Positions 37,452 to 40,060 of a stretch of DNA of 40,060 nt are shown here, one piece after another. Each line of letters starts with the position of its first letter. Within the stretch, counting starts at the first letter, position 1. Source of the stretch: Escherichia phage IMM-002; the sequence record NC_048071.1, one strand, 5' to 3'. The notes under the pieces are model-generated. The model saw only the letters and a program-made list of their open reading frames with translations, was not told the origin of the DNA and did not search any database. A program made the translations under genes and the position numbers.

Positions 37452-39211
37452 GTCAAGACTTAGCGGCGCGTCAGGCGCTTATGACTGCCCGTATGAAGGC
37501 AGACTTCGTGTTCTTCCTGTTCGTCCTGTGGAAAGCTCTGTCCCTACCGGTCCCGACTCGCTGTCAGATTGACATGGCGAAGAAACTATCGGCTGGGGAC
37601 AATAGGCGCTTCATCCTACAGGCGTTCCGTGGTATCGGGAAGTCCTTCATTACGTGTGCCTTCGTGGTCTGGAAGCTATGGAATAACCCGGACTTGAAGT
37701 TCATGATTGTGTCGGCCTCAAAGGAACGAGCCGATGCGAACTCCATCTTCATCAAGCGTATCATTGACCTGATGCCTCAGCTCCAAGAGTTGAAGCCTAA
37801 GCAGGGGCAGCGAGACGCAGTAATCAGCTTCGACGTAGGGCCTGCCAAGCCTGACCACTCACCTTCGGTTAAGTCCGTTGGTATCACTGGTCAGTTAACT
37901 GGTAGCCGTGCGGACATCCTGATTGCCGATGACGTAGAGGTCCCCGGTAACTCAGCGACTCAAGCTGCAAGGGACCGACTGTCTGAGCTGGTGAAAGAGT
38001 TCGACGCAATCCTGAAGCCGGGTGGTACGGTTATCTATCTGGGTACTCCTCAGACCGAGATGACCCTGTATCGTCAGCTTGAGGGTCGTGGTTACTCGAC
38101 TACCATCTGGCCAGCTCGTTACCCGCGTGATGAGAAGGACTGGAAGTCTTACGGCGACCGTCTGGCTCCGATGCTTCAGGCTGAGCTTGAGTCCGACCCT
38201 GAGGGCTACTACTGGCTCCCAACGGATGAGGTCCGCTTCGACGATGAGGACTTGAAGGAACGTGAGCTGTCCTATGGCAAGGCTGGCTTCGCTCTCCAAT
38301 TCATGCTCAACCCGAACCTTGGCGATGCCGAGAAGTACCCGCTGAAGCTGCGTGACCTTATCGTAGCGGACTTGGACCCTGAGTCTAGCCCTATGGTCTA
38401 CCAGTGGCTCCCGAACCTCCAGAACAAGCGTGATGACGTTCCTAACGTGGGACTCATGGGTGACACCTACCACACGTATCAGACTGTAGGTTCTGCTTTC
38501 AGTTCGTACACCCAGAAGATTCTGGTCATTGACCCTAGTGGTCGTGGTAAGGATGAGACGGGTTATGCGGTCCTGTATCAGCTCAACGGCTACATCTTCG
38601 TGATGGAAGCTGGTGGTATGCGCGGTGGCTATGAGGACTCAACGCTGGAGGCTCTGGCGAAGATTGGTCGCAAGTGGAAGGTGAACGAGTACGTCATTGA
38701 GGGTAACTTCGGTGATGGTATGTACCTCGAACTCTTCAAGCCTGTAGCGGCCCGTATTCACCCGGCAGCAGTGACTGAGGTCAAGAGCAAGGGTCAGAAG
38801 GAACTCCGCATCTGCGACGTTCTGGAGCCTATCATGGGGTCTCACCGACTCATCGTGAACTCCTCGACCATTGTGTCTGACTACCAGACTGCTGCTGACA
38901 AGGATGGAGTCCGTAACCCTATCTACTCTCTGTTCTACCAGATGACCCGTATCAGCCGTGAACGTGGAGCCTTGGCACACGATGACCGACTGGATGCTCT
39001 GGCTATCGGTGTACAGTTCTTCGTAGAGTCTATGGCTAAGGATGCCGTGAAGGGCCAGCGTGAAGTTACCGAGGAGTGGCTGGAGGAACAGATGGAAGAC
39101 CCGAAGAAGGGCTTTAAGTCCATCGAGACGGACTACTGGGCCAATGGGGTCCGGGTACAGTTCAATACAGATGATGACTTGGGCTTAGGGTCATACGTTC
39201 AGTTCCACTGA
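37448..39211 (+). CDS. 19: Terminase large subunit
   Basis: 587 aa with TTG start overlapping the 18.5 stop (N-terminus aligns residue-for-residue with T7 gp19); [134 protein letters not shown]. Confidence 0.96.
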   Translation: MSQDLAARQALMTARMKADFVFFLFVLWKALSLPVPTRCQIDMAKKLSAGDNRRFILQAFRGIGKSFITCAFVVWKLWNNPDLKFMIVSASKERADANSIFIKRIIDLMPQLQELKPKQGQRDAVISFDVGPAKPDHSPSVKSVGITGQLTGSRADILIADDVEVPGNSATQAARDRLSELVKEFDAILKPGGTVIYLGTPQTEMTLYRQLEGRGYSTTIWPARYPRDEKDWKSYGDRLAPMLQAELESDPEGYYWLPTDEVRFDDEDLKERELSYGKAGFALQFMLNPNLGDAEKYPLKLRDLIVADLDPESSPMVYQWLPNLQNKRDDVPNVGLMGDTYHTYQTVGSAFSSYTQKILVIDPSGRGKDETGYAVLYQLNGYIFVMEAGGMRGGYEDSTLEALAKIGRKWKVNEYVIEGNFGDGMYLELFKPVAARIHPAAVTEVKSKGQKELRICDVLEPIMGSHRLIVNSSTIVSDYQTAADKDGVRNPIYSLFYQMTRISRERGALAHDDRLDALAIGVQFFVESMAKDAVKGQREVTEEWLEEQMEDPKKGFKSIETDYWANGVRVQFNTDDDLGLGSYVQFH

Positions 39212-39305
39212 CCTAATGAATAACTATGGGTGAATACTGCATGAATAAGCGGTTAGTAACCCATAGTTACTAGTGGTCTAACTCTATGATTCTAAAGGCT
39301 TTTGG

Positions 39306-39328
39306 ACTTAACTATCACTATAGGGAAG
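39306..39328 (+). promoter_or_regulatory. Phage RNAP promoter (phiOR-equivalent)
   Basis: GGACTTAACTATCACTATAGGGAAG, +1 about 39323. Confidence 0.8.
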
Positions 39329-39504
39329 ACCCCCGGTTACTTATAGTAAAGACTCAATGAATAAGCATATGCACACTTTATGCAAGACCTTAGGAGGCAG
39401 ACTCCTGAGTTCTTACCTAAGGTTCGCACCGATAGAGGAGGGTGATAATAATCATAATCCCTCCATAACTTAAAGTAGACCATCGCTGACAGGAGGTATG
39501 TAGC

Positions 39505-39663
39505 ATGGGTAAGACCAAAGCTGTTCTCAAAGCTCTGGCGACCAATAGAGCTACGTACAGGTTTCTTGCTGCTGTTCTACTTGCTGCTGGCGTTACTGCT
39601 GGAAGTCAGTGGGTCGGGTGGGTCGAGACTCTCGTATGTACTCTGGTGTCTGAGTGTCATTAA
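39505..39663 (+). CDS. 19.5: gp19.5-like small protein
   Basis: 52 aa (below track cut-off), AGGAGG RBS 8 nt upstream; ...RATYRFLAAVLLAAG... resembles T7 gp19.5 (HRVTYRFLVVLCAALG). Confidence 0.6.
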   Translation: MGKTKAVLKALATNRATYRFLAAVLLAAGVTAGSQWVGWVETLVCTLVSECH

Positions 39664-39693
39664 CGCCATAATGGTAACAATCAACGAAAGCAA

Positions 39694-39820
39694 GACCTAA
39701 GGTCAGTTCATAGCTGACGCTACTCTACTGACCTTAGCTACTGAAGTCAAGACCTACAGTCAACACTATAGAAGCTATGGTCTCTCAGGGTCGTTAGGAC
39801 CTACGGTCTGACCTACGGAT
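39694..39820. repeat. Related short repeats GACCTA(A/C)(A/G)GTC next to the right DTR
   Basis: gacctaaggtcag, tgaccttagcta, gacctacagtcaac, gacctacggtctgacctacgg. Confidence 0.55.
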
Positions 39821-39871
39821 GGGCCTCCTTAAGAGGGACGATGAGTTTTGGACCAAAAGTTCGAGAGTCCA

Positions 39872-40060
39872 TCTCACAGTTCAAGAACCTCAAGTCTCCC
39901 CATAGGGTCACTCTCAGTCCGACTCAAGGCCCTACCCATAGACCTTCGGTCTAAACCTCAAGTCATTGACCCGAAGTCGCCCCGAAGTCTGGACTGATAG
40001 TGCCTATATCTTGTGGTTGGGACGATTGGTCGGGACTATATGTAGTGCCTCTGAGTCTCT
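39872..40060. repeat. Right direct terminal repeat (DTR)
   Basis: Identical to 1..189; window ends inside or at the end of the repeat. Confidence 0.9.

Noticed and set aside
39755-39775. SP6-like sequence CAACACTATAGAAG near the right end
   Set aside because: Upstream half does not match the AACTAT element present in all 12 genome promoters; lies in the terminal short-repeat region and is more likely part of those repeats

Overview
This window is an essentially complete linear genome of a T7-like podovirus (Autographiviridae / Studiervirinae-type organisation): 39,871 bp of unique sequence plus a 189-bp direct terminal repeat (1..189 = 39872..40060). All credible genes are on the + strand in canonical T7 order. 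The early region has two sigma70-type promoters, a T3-type SAM-degrading gene at the 0.3 position, a gp0.7-like kinase, single-subunit RNA polymerase, ligase and an early terminator. The middle region has gp2, SSB, endonuclease I, amidase/lysozyme, primase-helicase, DNA polymerase, gp5.5/5.7 and exonuclease. The late region has portal, scaffold, major capsid (with a probable -1 frameshift 10B extension), a Tphi-like terminator, tail tube A/B, internal virion proteins 13-16, tail fibre, holin, small terminase, Rz/Rz1 and large terminase. Twelve phage-type promoters share a core close to TAAACTATCACTATAGGGAGA, which differs from T7 and T3 at -12 to -9. Three promoter-proximal or intergenic conserved stem-loops look like RNase III-type processing sites. 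The parts most worth follow-up are the non-T7 accessory genes: uncharacterised early ORFs, an HNH/Endo VII endonuclease between kinase and RNAP, a 25-codon membrane microprotein, and an inserted gene between endonuclease I and lysozyme. A compositionally foreign 932-aa tail fibre with a C-terminal S74-type chaperone domain, and a gp16 with a non-SLT N-terminus, also stand out. All protein assignments rest on recalled similarity to T7/T3 proteins and motifs, not on database searches. No tRNA, rRNA, CRISPR or integrase was seen.
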